From positions 64,001-128,000 of IMG/VR virus record IMGVR_UViG_3300044631_002422: DNA of 64,000 bases; one strand, 5' to 3'. Below the pieces are notes generated by a model. The model was not told where the DNA came from. It worked only from the letters and a program-made list of their open reading frames with translations, and did no database searches. The DNA comes from a virus. Below, in pieces: positions 37,438 to 46,903 of this stretch. The translations under genes were made by a program, and so were the position numbers. Positions within the stretch are counted from its first letter, which is position 1, and every line of letters starts with the position of its first letter.

Positions 37438-37514
37438 GAAATATTCCAACAATGGATATTGAAGTCAATAGCGATTCTCATATTTTTTATGGAGATGGTA
37501 TCGTTACATCAAAT
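37401..37514 (+). mobile_element. split intein C-fragment (38 aa)
   Basis: Blocks F/G TMDIEV..SHIFY..IVTSN followed by Ser+1. Confidence 0.9.
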
Positions 37515-38540
37515 TCACATGCTATTTCATATGCAATCAATGCTTATTGGTCCGCTTATTGTAAAACCTACAAACGTAAGAAGTTTTATGAAAAATATCT
37601 CAATAGGTCAGATAGAAAGCCTGATCCAGATATAGAGAAGAAACAATTAATAATGGATGCAAAGCGGTGCGAGATAGAAGTTTTACCGCCCAGATTACAA
37701 CATTTACACAAGGACTTTACTAGGCATCCTAGCAAAGATATTATTTACTATGGATTGTCACATGTTAAACATGTTGCTGAAAAGGAGTGTGACAAACTCA
37801 TTGGTTTATCAGGTGTTGAAAAGTATAACTGGATGGATTGCTTGATCAATATCGTTCATGGTTTAAATATTAATAAAAGCGCCACCGTAGCGCTTATTTC
37901 TGTTGGTGCGTTTAATGGAATCAACAATACAACAAGTAGACAAAAGATGTTGTACGAGTTTGATAGCTGGAAGCATCTTACTGCCAAAGAACAAGAAGCA
38001 ATTGCAAATGCCTATAATTCAGGTTCGCAAAAACCAAAAGATTTAACGCAGGCAATAGAGTGGCTTATTACAAATACCAAGATTAACTCCAGAAGATTGC
38101 AATCGGTAGAAGATATAAAAAATTCTCTAAAAAATCCTTTCTATGATATCGACGATAAACCAGAAACAATTGCCGCAGATGAAGAAAAATATATGAGTTG
38201 CTCCTTAACATGTAGTAAAGTTGATGGTTTAGACCTAAATACAGTGATAAATATGTGTCAAGATGTGTCTAGCCATTCTATAATAGGTAAGGTAACTCTT
38301 GCTGTAGAAATTGTGCGCATAAAGATTGTAAAGACTAAAAAGGGTAAAACTCCCGGTCAGGAAATGGCTTTTCTGACTGTCGAGGATGGAAGTGGATCTT
38401 TAGACTCAATAACCATTTTCCCAGAAGCTTACGATAAATACAAAGACTTACTAGTGGAAAATAATACTGTTCTTTTGATTGGCGAGATATTTAAAAAAGA
38501 TAAAGAAGCTATCATCGTCAATCAAGTATCGCAAATTTGA
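37401..38540 (+). CDS. dnaE: split intein C-half fused to DNA polymerase III alpha, piece 3 (fingers/HhH/OB)
   Basis: MQPKRIV...DIEV..HIFY..GIVTSN then SHAISYA; YYGLSHVKHV (HhH); LISVGAF; MAFLTVEDGSG...IFP..Y (OB). Confidence 0.93.
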   Translation: MQPKRIVHVRTIGNIPTMDIEVNSDSHIFYGDGIVTSNSHAISYAINAYWSAYCKTYKRKKFYEKYLNRSDRKPDPDIEKKQLIMDAKRCEIEVLPPRLQHLHKDFTRHPSKDIIYYGLSHVKHVAEKECDKLIGLSGVEKYNWMDCLINIVHGLNINKSATVALISVGAFNGINNTTSRQKMLYEFDSWKHLTAKEQEAIANAYNSGSQKPKDLTQAIEWLITNTKINSRRLQSVEDIKNSLKNPFYDIDDKPETIAADEEKYMSCSLTCSKVDGLDLNTVINMCQDVSSHSIIGKVTLAVEIVRIKIVKTKKGKTPGQEMAFLTVEDGSGSLDSITIFPEAYDKYKDLLVENNTVLLIGEIFKKDKEAIIVNQVSQI

Positions 38541-38550
38541 AAGGTAATAT

Positions 38551-38883
38551 GTGAATAAATGTCATTTTTTAGGAAAATTAACACGCGAACCAAATGTTAA
38601 AAAAGAAAACAATGTTTCGGTAATTGATTTTGAATTAGAAATAGAAGAGTTTAGAAAAGATAACAATAAAGATAAAGTTAGGTCTGTAATATATTTGAAT
38701 TTTGAAGCTTGGGACACGGCGGCTGAAGCTATTGAAAAGTATGCTAAAAAGGGAAGCTTAATGGCAATAGAGTCAGTAGCAAGAAACTATTTTTATGAAG
38801 ATCCGAATAATCCAGAAGCTGGCGAAATAATTGAAACGTATTTTCGAGTAACTAATTTTAAAATCCTTGGATTTGGAACATGA
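38551..38883 (+). CDS. ssb: second SSB-like OB-fold protein
   Basis: NKCHFLGKLTREP...FEAWDTAAEAIEKYAKKGS; no acidic tail. Confidence 0.8.
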   Translation: MNKCHFLGKLTREPNVKKENNVSVIDFELEIEEFRKDNNKDKVRSVIYLNFEAWDTAAEAIEKYAKKGSLMAIESVARNYFYEDPNNPEAGEIIETYFRVTNFKILGFGT

Positions 38884-40514
38884 GAAAAAAAAGGATACTT
38901 TGGGTAAACGATGCGTCTTGGAAAGGAACTGGTTATGCCGTTTACTCCAATGAGGTATTGTCTAGGCTTAATAAGGTTGAAGATTTTGAAGTTGCTGAAA
39001 TAGCTTGTTATGCAGACAAAAATGATCCAAAAATAAAAGAAGTTCCTTGGAAGGTTTACCCGAATAGACCCTTGGAAACGGACCCTTCGTTTGAAAGTTA
39101 TGTAAAAAATCCAAGCTCAATTTTTGGCGAAAATTCTTTCAACGAAGTTCTTTTAGACTTCATGCCGGATATAGTTATGGATATACGAGACTGGTGGATG
39201 TTTGAATATCAGCAACGTTCGCCATTTCGTGACTTTTTTCATTGGGCTATAATGCCAGCCGTTGATGCTGCTCCTCAAAATCCTCAATGGTTGAATACCT
39301 ATGCTTCCGCTGATAGCGTTTTTGGGTATTGTGAATTCAGTAAAAAGACGTTGCAAAATCAATCGGACAAGATAAACTTTATAGATATAGCATCCCCAGC
39401 AGCCAATGCCGAAGATTTCAGACCAGTCGAGAATAAACAACTTCACAAAGATGCTATGGGACTAGATTCTGGTTCTATAATAGTAGGAACTGTGATGCGT
39501 AATCAACGCAGGAAACTTTATCCAGACCTATTTAAAGCGTTTAGAATGTTTCTTGACAAAACTAAAAACCCAAATGTCTTTCTTCTCTGCCATAAATATT
39601 ATCCAGATATTGGCTGGGAAACTCCTGTACTACTTGATATGTTTGGCTTAAGCAATAGAGTGTTATTTTCATATAAGTGTCAAGAGTGCAAAGATATCAG
39701 TGTTGACTTCTTTAAAGATTCAGTAACTCATTGTACAAAATGTAAAAAATTTAGCAAAAGGCTGGTTGGCGTTGACAACCCTATGAACAATCAAGAGTTG
39801 AGCAAAGTATACAATCTTTTTGATGTATATGTTCAGTATGCCAACAGCGAAGGATTTGGTATGCCGCAGTTAGAAGCTGCTTATTGCGGAGTTCCAGTAA
39901 TGACTATTTATTACTCTGCAATGAAGTCAGTGGCAGATAATATTGGAGCTATACCAATACATCCAATCCAATATTCAATGGAATGCGAAACTGGATGTTA
40001 TCGAGCTATACCAAACAATCAGCAATTTGTAGAAAAGTTAGAAGATATATTGAACGCCGATTTCAGATCGTTTGGTTTAAAAACCGCCGAGTTGGCTAGG
40101 AATCATTATAGTTGGGATAAAACTGCTAAAGTGTGGATAGACTACTTTAAAACAGTTCCAATGAAGAATCATCTTGATACATGGAAGTCTCCGCCTAAAA
40201 TATTCGAACCAACAACAACGATACCAAATGATATTGTTGATTTAAAAGATCAAGTTAATTATATATTTAGATACGTTCTTTATAAACCAGAATGGATTGG
40301 TGGGTATTTTTGGTCAAAAGTATTGAAAGATATTACATTTGGATACCGCGTAAGAAATTCTGAAGATGATTATTACTTCAATGAATCACATATGCCAGCA
40401 GTTGATAAGTATGAAAAGTTTAATTTTGTTATGGCAGTAAACGAGCTAACAAATCTTAGAAACCAATGGAACGAATGGGAAAAATTAAGGAGTGAATACA
40501 TTGCAAGACTTTAG
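38880..40514 (+). CDS. glycosyltransferase family 4 with CxxC-CxxC insertion
   Basis: TGYA, GTVMRNQRRK.YP, YNLFDVYVQYANSEGFGMPQLEAAYCGVP; CQEC...CTKC. Confidence 0.9.
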   Translation: MRKKRILWVNDASWKGTGYAVYSNEVLSRLNKVEDFEVAEIACYADKNDPKIKEVPWKVYPNRPLETDPSFESYVKNPSSIFGENSFNEVLLDFMPDIVMDIRDWWMFEYQQRSPFRDFFHWAIMPAVDAAPQNPQWLNTYASADSVFGYCEFSKKTLQNQSDKINFIDIASPAANAEDFRPVENKQLHKDAMGLDSGSIIVGTVMRNQRRKLYPDLFKAFRMFLDKTKNPNVFLLCHKYYPDIGWETPVLLDMFGLSNRVLFSYKCQECKDISVDFFKDSVTHCTKCKKFSKRLVGVDNPMNNQELSKVYNLFDVYVQYANSEGFGMPQLEAAYCGVPVMTIYYSAMKSVADNIGAIPIHPIQYSMECETGCYRAIPNNQQFVEKLEDILNADFRSFGLKTAELARNHYSWDKTAKVWIDYFKTVPMKNHLDTWKSPPKIFEPTTTIPNDIVDLKDQVNYIFRYVLYKPEWIGGYFWSKVLKDITFGYRVRNSEDDYYFNESHMPAVDKYEKFNFVMAVNELTNLRNQWNEWEKLRSEYIARL

Positions 40515-41091
40515 TTGGATAATCGACCAAATAAATAAAGGCAGCATAAACCTAGATACGATTCGTATCGAGAGCAATCTAGCTGTAAGAGATGGTTTGT
40601 TTAAAGAAATATTGGACTCTTTTAATGAACAGCCAATCAAAGTTTTTCAAATTGGAGCAATAGAATCTCTAGAAAATAAATTCAGGATTGGCTCTGGTTG
40701 GAGCGACTTATTTTTTGGTGTTTATATTAAAAAATATGGCGGAACCCTTGTAGTTGTAGATATATGCTTGAACCATATAGCTAATTCAAGTTTTGTATCT
40801 AGCCAGATAGGTTATGAAACAAATTTTATTTTTGGAGATGCAAATAATTTTATTTCTACTGGATATGACATATACTATCTCGATGGTGCTGACATATCTT
40901 ATGCGGAAGATGCTTACGAGCAAACATTGTCACAATTCAAGAAAATTGAAGGTACAAATTCTGTTGTTCTTGTTGATGATGCTCCAAGCAAGGGCAAGGC
41001 TTTGCTCGATTACCTAAAACAAAAAAACATACCATATACATACCATAATTTTGGTTCTGGAATGATCAAGATTGATATGAGGTCAAAATGA
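40492..41091 (+). CDS. putative SAM-dependent methyltransferase
   Basis: VFQIGA, VVVDI, YDIYYLDG, VLVDD...KG. Confidence 0.65.
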   Translation: MNTLQDFSWIIDQINKGSINLDTIRIESNLAVRDGLFKEILDSFNEQPIKVFQIGAIESLENKFRIGSGWSDLFFGVYIKKYGGTLVVVDICLNHIANSSFVSSQIGYETNFIFGDANNFISTGYDIYYLDGADISYAEDAYEQTLSQFKKIEGTNSVVLVDDAPSKGKALLDYLKQKNIPYTYHNFGSGMIKIDMRSK

Positions 41092-42167
41092 AAGTTCTTT
41101 ATATTGGACACTATAGAGATGGAACAGGATGGGGAAATGCAGCTATAAACAATATTTTAGCCTTGGATTCTGTTGGGGTTAAAGTTGTTCCGCGAGCCAT
41201 TACATACGAGGCTCAAGATAGGTTATATCCAAATAGAATCCGAGAATTGGAAGATAACTCAGAGTCTGGTTGCGATATTGTGATTCAACACACGTTGCCA
41301 AATAACTACTGGTATAATTCTAGTTATAGAAATATTGGCTGTATGACTGCCGAGTCTTCAAATTTTAAATCAACAGGATGGCAAAACTATTGCAATATAA
41401 TGGACGATATTTGGGTTTCGAGTAAAGTGACAAAAGATATATGCAAACGAAGCGGAGTCAAAACACCAATAGATATTGTTCCTTATGCTATAGACTTAAG
41501 TAAATATGAAAACCCATCTGGCGAACAAATAGAAGAACTAAAAAACAACTTTACTTTTGGTTTTGTTGGCGAGTTTATTGAGCGTAAAAACATAAAAGCT
41601 CTTATCCAAGCTTTTCATATGGAGTTTGATCCAAGAGAACCCGTTAACTTGTTGATCAAAACCTCAAAAAGAGATTTAAATGGAATTCAGGCTTATTTTA
41701 ATCATATCAAACGAGGGTTAAAAATAAGACAAAATTACATAGAAGAAATAATCATAACTGGAATCATGCCAGAAAATGACTACATATCTGTTTTATCGCA
41801 AGTAGATTGTTTTGTTATGCCGAGCAGAGGAGAAGCTGGTTGTATTCCATCGCTTGAAGCTATGGCTCTAGGAATACCCGTTATTTGGACTCATGGCATA
41901 GGAATGGACCACGCAATTGGTACAGCGGTAAAATCCGATAACGTCCCTTGTTTTGGGGCAATAGAAACTCTTAATGACTTAGACACTGCGGAAGCTACAT
42001 GGAAGGATATCGATGTAATAGAATTGACAAATGCTATGAGAAAAATGTATGAAAACATAATTGTCAAAAATAACAAAGAAAACATGGCAAAACAATGCAA
42101 AAATCAAGCAGCGAGATATTCTCACAAAGAAATAGGAAAACTTATGCTGGAGGTTTTAAATAAATGA
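41088..42167 (+). CDS. glycosyltransferase family 4
   Basis: GTGWGNAA, ERKNIKAL, FVMPSRGEAGCIPSLEAMALGIPVI. Confidence 0.9.
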   Translation: MKVLYIGHYRDGTGWGNAAINNILALDSVGVKVVPRAITYEAQDRLYPNRIRELEDNSESGCDIVIQHTLPNNYWYNSSYRNIGCMTAESSNFKSTGWQNYCNIMDDIWVSSKVTKDICKRSGVKTPIDIVPYAIDLSKYENPSGEQIEELKNNFTFGFVGEFIERKNIKALIQAFHMEFDPREPVNLLIKTSKRDLNGIQAYFNHIKRGLKIRQNYIEEIIITGIMPENDYISVLSQVDCFVMPSRGEAGCIPSLEAMALGIPVIWTHGIGMDHAIGTAVKSDNVPCFGAIETLNDLDTAEATWKDIDVIELTNAMRKMYENIIVKNNKENMAKQCKNQAARYSHKEIGKLMLEVLNK

Positions 42168-43192
42168 CCGCTAGAGCCAATGTCAGAGCAGTTCGTTCAT
42201 TTATGGGGAAGAATAAACCAAAAGACAAGTTGAATATTTTGACTTTTCCAACCCATGAACGCTATGAAGAAAATCTTTGTAGAACCGGGCATAATTTTTA
42301 CGCATTCAACTATGGGAAAACTTGGAATACAACGTATGCTCCAGTTCCTGAAAACTATCATATAATCAATAGTCTTCCTAATTGGCTTGATATTGATTTA
42401 GTTTTGAGTCACACATCATGCGAACGACTCCAAGTAGCACATGATTTACTTTCCGAAACTTTAGGAATATCGGACGGTGTATCAGTTCCAATACTGAGGC
42501 ATTGTCACATTCTTCCGACTGCTGGACTTGAGAATCAAGTAGAAAATTACAAAAACATAAAAGTATTTCGCGACTCATTTATTTCAAAGTATAGCATGAA
42601 TGCTTGGGGATATACAGACGATGAAGCTTTTGTTGTAAATCATGGAATTGATACAGATTTTTGGAAACCGGACAATTCGATAAAACGCGACAATGTTTTA
42701 TTGTCAGTAGTAAACGATTGGCCAAACCGTGATTGGTGTTGCGGGTTTAACTTGTGGAGACGTACAGTTAAACTAGGAACTGAAAACCAATTACCAGTTA
42801 GTGTCTTTGGAGATAGTCCGGGATTATCAATTGCAGCAAAAGATAAACAGCATTTACGACAAATATATCAAAATTCAAGTATCTTTTATAACACATCGCT
42901 GTTTTCACCAATTCCAACTGTGTTAATGGAAGCAATGGCTTGTGGCTGTGCAATTATTTCAACAAATAATTGTATGATACCAGAAGTTATAGAGCATGGC
43001 TACAATGGTCTTTTATCAAACGATCCAGACGAGCTAACTTCATATTGCGAATTGTTGTTAAATAAACCAGAGTTCGCAAGAAGGCTTGGAAATAACGCTA
43101 TGTTGACAATACTAGAAAAGTATAATATGCAAAATTTTATCGATAATTGGAACACATTACTTTACAATACAGTTGGAGATTTTAGATGTTGA
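42164..43192 (+). CDS. glycosyltransferase family 4
   Basis: HGIDTDFWKP, PTVLMEAMACGCAIIS...PEVIEHGYNGLL. Confidence 0.9.
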   Translation: MTARANVRAVRSFMGKNKPKDKLNILTFPTHERYEENLCRTGHNFYAFNYGKTWNTTYAPVPENYHIINSLPNWLDIDLVLSHTSCERLQVAHDLLSETLGISDGVSVPILRHCHILPTAGLENQVENYKNIKVFRDSFISKYSMNAWGYTDDEAFVVNHGIDTDFWKPDNSIKRDNVLLSVVNDWPNRDWCCGFNLWRRTVKLGTENQLPVSVFGDSPGLSIAAKDKQHLRQIYQNSSIFYNTSLFSPIPTVLMEAMACGCAIISTNNCMIPEVIEHGYNGLLSNDPDELTSYCELLLNKPEFARRLGNNAMLTILEKYNMQNFIDNWNTLLYNTVGDFRC

Positions 43193-43632
43193 TATACCTA
43201 ACAGGAAGAGATTTGGTCTTATCAGTGCCAGAAGCTTACTCAAAGCATAACATATATCGTGACGCTGCTTCGTTATCGCGGAACGTGCTTCAAAATGAAG
43301 CTACTGAAATTATTTGTCAAGATTTTCTTTGCTGCTTCAACTGGAAAGACCTTCCAAAAATAATCGATTTAATCTTAAGTAAAATGAGAAAAGGTTGCAA
43401 GTTGACTATAATAGAAAAAGACTTGAGATTAATTTCTAGACAAGTTTACAAAGATTTATACAATACAGAACTTTTAAACAAAAAAGTGTTCGAATTTGGC
43501 CAAATAGTCAAGTCTTTGTTTTCTTTAGAAGATATAATTGGACATATAACTGATACCGATCAATATATTGTAACATCTAAGGGCTTCATAGATGCAACAA
43601 GTTTTAGCCTAATAGTGGAGAGAGTTAGATGA
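43186..43632 (+). CDS. hypothetical protein (possible truncated methyltransferase fold)
   Basis: EIICQDFL...KMRKGCKLTI resembles the C-terminal half of a class I MTase. Confidence 0.5.
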   Translation: MLIYLTGRDLVLSVPEAYSKHNIYRDAASLSRNVLQNEATEIICQDFLCCFNWKDLPKIIDLILSKMRKGCKLTIIEKDLRLISRQVYKDLYNTELLNKKVFEFGQIVKSLFSLEDIIGHITDTDQYIVTSKGFIDATSFSLIVERVR

Positions 43633-44429
43633 AAATAGTTACGCATTGCGAAGATTGTATATTCGCTAAATTAAATAAAGAAAATAAACAAGAATCGTGT
43701 TCACTTGATAGGCCGAATAAACTTGGTATTGAAAAGTTAGAGGGTGATTATTTCGAGTTGCGGAGGTATTGCAATGCGTTTCGTCCACTGGAGTGGGTTC
43801 AACAATTAGAGTTTGAAGAGTCATTAAATCCAGAAAATGCAGTTCTACAGGAAGTATATCCAAGAATTGGTTTTTTTGTAAAGCTAAATACAAATGAACC
43901 AAACGCAATAGATGCTTTGGATCTAACTATAAATTCTATCACTAAAATTCATGGTAAACAGGCATCGTATGTCGTTGTAATTAATGATAAAGTTGAATAC
44001 AATGAAGAAATATGGGGACTCTTTATCAAGTACTTTGGCGAACAATCACCGGTAACAAAATACCATATTGTACAAATTGAAGAAAAGCCAAATAAAATAA
44101 TTCAAATAATTGACGAAGCTTTCGGCAAGGCGGAAAATAGTTGGATAATGTGTACATCGAGCGGACTTAGAGTTAAGCCGGAAACGCTTGATAGGCTTCA
44201 TGAAATTCTTAACATAGAAATGAAGCAAATCACAATGATAGAACCAATTGATGATTTTAACGGACTTATGTTTCCGGCTTATTTATTCAAGTTCTTGAAT
44301 GGAAATAAAACAAAAGTTTTCAGTGATGAAATAGCTGACAGTAATGAATTCATTGAAAAAGTAAGAAACGCAGAAGAGCGTGGACAAACAAAAACCATAT
44401 TTAACTGGAGAGAGTTTTATGGGAAATAA
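43629..44429 (+). CDS. hypothetical protein (Cys-rich N-terminus, degenerate GT-A-like region)
   Basis: CEDC...C...C N-terminus; VVVIND; located in the glyco cluster. Confidence 0.55.
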   Translation: MKIVTHCEDCIFAKLNKENKQESCSLDRPNKLGIEKLEGDYFELRRYCNAFRPLEWVQQLEFEESLNPENAVLQEVYPRIGFFVKLNTNEPNAIDALDLTINSITKIHGKQASYVVVINDKVEYNEEIWGLFIKYFGEQSPVTKYHIVQIEEKPNKIIQIIDEAFGKAENSWIMCTSSGLRVKPETLDRLHEILNIEMKQITMIEPIDDFNGLMFPAYLFKFLNGNKTKVFSDEIADSNEFIEKVRNAEERGQTKTIFNWREFYGK

Positions 44430-45153
44430 CTTTCCAAATGTTGCTATTGTTTGCGCAAATTACAACTATGGTAAATTTATAGTTGCTGCAATGAAAAGCA
44501 TTATGAGCCAAACATATAAAGGTAAAATTCGTCTTTATGTTGTAGATGACGGATCTACCGATAACTCATGGGAATTAATATCTGAATATGCCGCGTTATT
44601 TTCTGATAAAATTTTTCCAATCAGAATACAAAATTCTGGCGCTAGTGCTGCTAGAAATTTAGCAATTGAATACGCTATTGAATGGGCTGAAATCATAGGT
44701 ATACTTGATGCTGATGACGCATACATGCCAAATAAAGTCGCGGTCTTAGTTAACAAACTTGTAGAACATGACGAAATAGGCGTTGCTTACGGCGATTATA
44801 TGAATGTATTTCCAGAGTATTCTAAACTAGAATTCAAGTCATCTTACAGTAAAATAGGTCTTCTACAAAAGTGTATGGTTCATAGTAATTCTTTGATAAA
44901 AAAGAAATACTTACAACAAGCAAAACTTCCAAACGGAGACTTCTTTGATAGAAATCTTCATGGACCGGCAAGCAAAGATTTTATTGGATGCACCGAAGAT
45001 TATGACTTATGGATAAGATTGTCTAACTTATGTATCATAACACACGTTCCAGAATGTTTAGCTATTGCCAATCAACATGGAAACAATCAATCAATGAAGA
45101 TGACTGCTGAAATTTTCAATCAAAACACACGAACAATGATGGAAAGAAAATGA
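44419..45153 (+). CDS. glycosyltransferase family 2
   Basis: NYNYGKFI, VVDDGSTDNS, GASAARN, LDADD, EDYDLWIR. Confidence 0.93.
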   Translation: MGNNFPNVAIVCANYNYGKFIVAAMKSIMSQTYKGKIRLYVVDDGSTDNSWELISEYAALFSDKIFPIRIQNSGASAARNLAIEYAIEWAEIIGILDADDAYMPNKVAVLVNKLVEHDEIGVAYGDYMNVFPEYSKLEFKSSYSKIGLLQKCMVHSNSLIKKKYLQQAKLPNGDFFDRNLHGPASKDFIGCTEDYDLWIRLSNLCIITHVPECLAIANQHGNNQSMKMTAEIFNQNTRTMMERK

Positions 45154-45860
45154 GTAGATTTGTTACCAATATAAGAAAAAAAGTAGTTCAAAATGATCAG
45201 TCAGATGGTATATCGGTAGCAATACTTTCCGCTGGCTGTGGAAGTAAAATCAAGTCATATGAACCAAGAAGTTTGCTAAAAATAAACAACGAAGAATTTT
45301 TGATAGATCATCAACTTACAACTATAGCTAATTTTTTTGTAAAACCGGAAATCATTACTGTTGTTGGTTGCTATGCAAACAAGGTAATCAAAAAAATTAA
45401 AGGTAAATGCAGAGTAGTTGAAAATCAGATACATGAAGAAACTAATGCTTCAGAAAGTATGAGACTTGCGTTCAACAATTCAAGCATGTCAAGTTTTATG
45501 TTTATACATGGAGATATTCTGTTTGATACAAATTGTTTAGATGCAGAATACTCTCATTCGTTTATAATTACAGATTCCAAAAAAATGATAGGTGAAAATG
45601 AAATAGGAGTTACTATTGTTGATAATAAAGCTTCGATAATGTCATACGGACTTCCTATAAAATGGGCGCAAATAGCGTTTTTTACTGGCAAAGAGTTAAA
45701 AATACTAAATAACATCTTTCAAAGATTTGAAGACAAAGATAAAAAGAAACTTTCATTTGAAATAATTAATGATGTTATTTCTAACGGGGGAGTGTTTCAT
45801 TGTTATGAACCACATAAGATGAGAATCAAGGAAATTGATACAATAAAGGATATAGAATGA
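45150..45860 (+). CDS. sugar/phosphocholine nucleotidyltransferase-like protein
   Basis: ILSAGCGSKI....PRSLL, IHGDILF, EIDTIKD. Confidence 0.8.
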   Translation: MSRFVTNIRKKVVQNDQSDGISVAILSAGCGSKIKSYEPRSLLKINNEEFLIDHQLTTIANFFVKPEIITVVGCYANKVIKKIKGKCRVVENQIHEETNASESMRLAFNNSSMSSFMFIHGDILFDTNCLDAEYSHSFIITDSKKMIGENEIGVTIVDNKASIMSYGLPIKWAQIAFFTGKELKILNNIFQRFEDKDKKKLSFEIINDVISNGGVFHCYEPHKMRIKEIDTIKDIE

Positions 45861-46903
45861 AAGTACTAATAGCAAGCGATGGTTTACACGCTCATTTCTA
45901 TGAAAGAATGACATGGGCAAATGCTTTCATGGCCTGCGGAATAAATGTTGCTATATGGGACATAAAACAACATTCAGCTTTTGATGTTTTTGATACTTTC
46001 GAACCAGATTTGTTTCTTGGTCAATCATACAATCTTGATGAAGCAACGATAAAATGTATATATGAAAGACCTCATTTAAAAGTTGGTCTTCGTGCTGGCG
46101 ATTGGGGGGATCAAACAAAAGAAATTGACTTTAATAAGTTCAATATATTGGCATGTTCTATTAAAGAACGAGAAATGCTAAAAAAACTAAAAGATGAAAC
46201 TGGCCAACCGGAGTTTGTTCATATCCATTATACTCCAGAAGCTATATCTAAAACTCATAACTATTTTGAAACAATTGGAATCAAACCAGTTTCAATTATG
46301 ATGTCTGCCGATACCGTTTCTTATAGCAATGCAAAGTTTGATCCGTCTTTAGAATGTGACATAGCTTTTGTTGGCGGATTTTGGCCGTATAAAGGTCAAG
46401 TAATACGTCCATATTTTTTCCCGCTACTTGAGCATATTGGCAAATACAGAGTGAAAATTTTTGGAAATCAACCTTGGCCAGTCAACCAATACTGCGGACT
46501 CATCAACGATGAAGACGTAAAGAATTTATTTGCCTCTGCTAAAATATGTCCAAATTTAAGTGAGCCACATGCTCATGAATTTGGCTTTGATGTTAATGAA
46601 AGAATATTCAAGATTTTATATGCTGATGGATTCTGCATAAGTGATAATGTAGAAGGATACAAAAACACTTTTTCTGATTCGGTTGTTTATGCAAGTTCTC
46701 CAAATGACTTCAGTGAAAAGGTTGAATATTACCTACAAAACCCAGATGAAAGAAAAATTATATCAAATCTTGGAAAAAAACTTGTTCGGGAAAATCATAC
46801 AGGGTTTCATCGTGTATCGCAAATATTACAAGAATCTGGATATACAGAGTTATCAAAAGAACTATTGACTCAATACCGAAAGTATATAAATGAACAAGCC
46901 TAA
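45857..46903 (+). CDS. CgeB-like glycosyltransferase (Glyco_trans_1_2)
   Basis: DIAFVGG, SAKICPN, NERIFKI...GF.ISD, YYLQNPDER..I...G. Confidence 0.82.
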   Translation: MKVLIASDGLHAHFYERMTWANAFMACGINVAIWDIKQHSAFDVFDTFEPDLFLGQSYNLDEATIKCIYERPHLKVGLRAGDWGDQTKEIDFNKFNILACSIKEREMLKKLKDETGQPEFVHIHYTPEAISKTHNYFETIGIKPVSIMMSADTVSYSNAKFDPSLECDIAFVGGFWPYKGQVIRPYFFPLLEHIGKYRVKIFGNQPWPVNQYCGLINDEDVKNLFASAKICPNLSEPHAHEFGFDVNERIFKILYADGFCISDNVEGYKNTFSDSVVYASSPNDFSEKVEYYLQNPDERKIISNLGKKLVRENHTGFHRVSQILQESGYTELSKELLTQYRKYINEQA

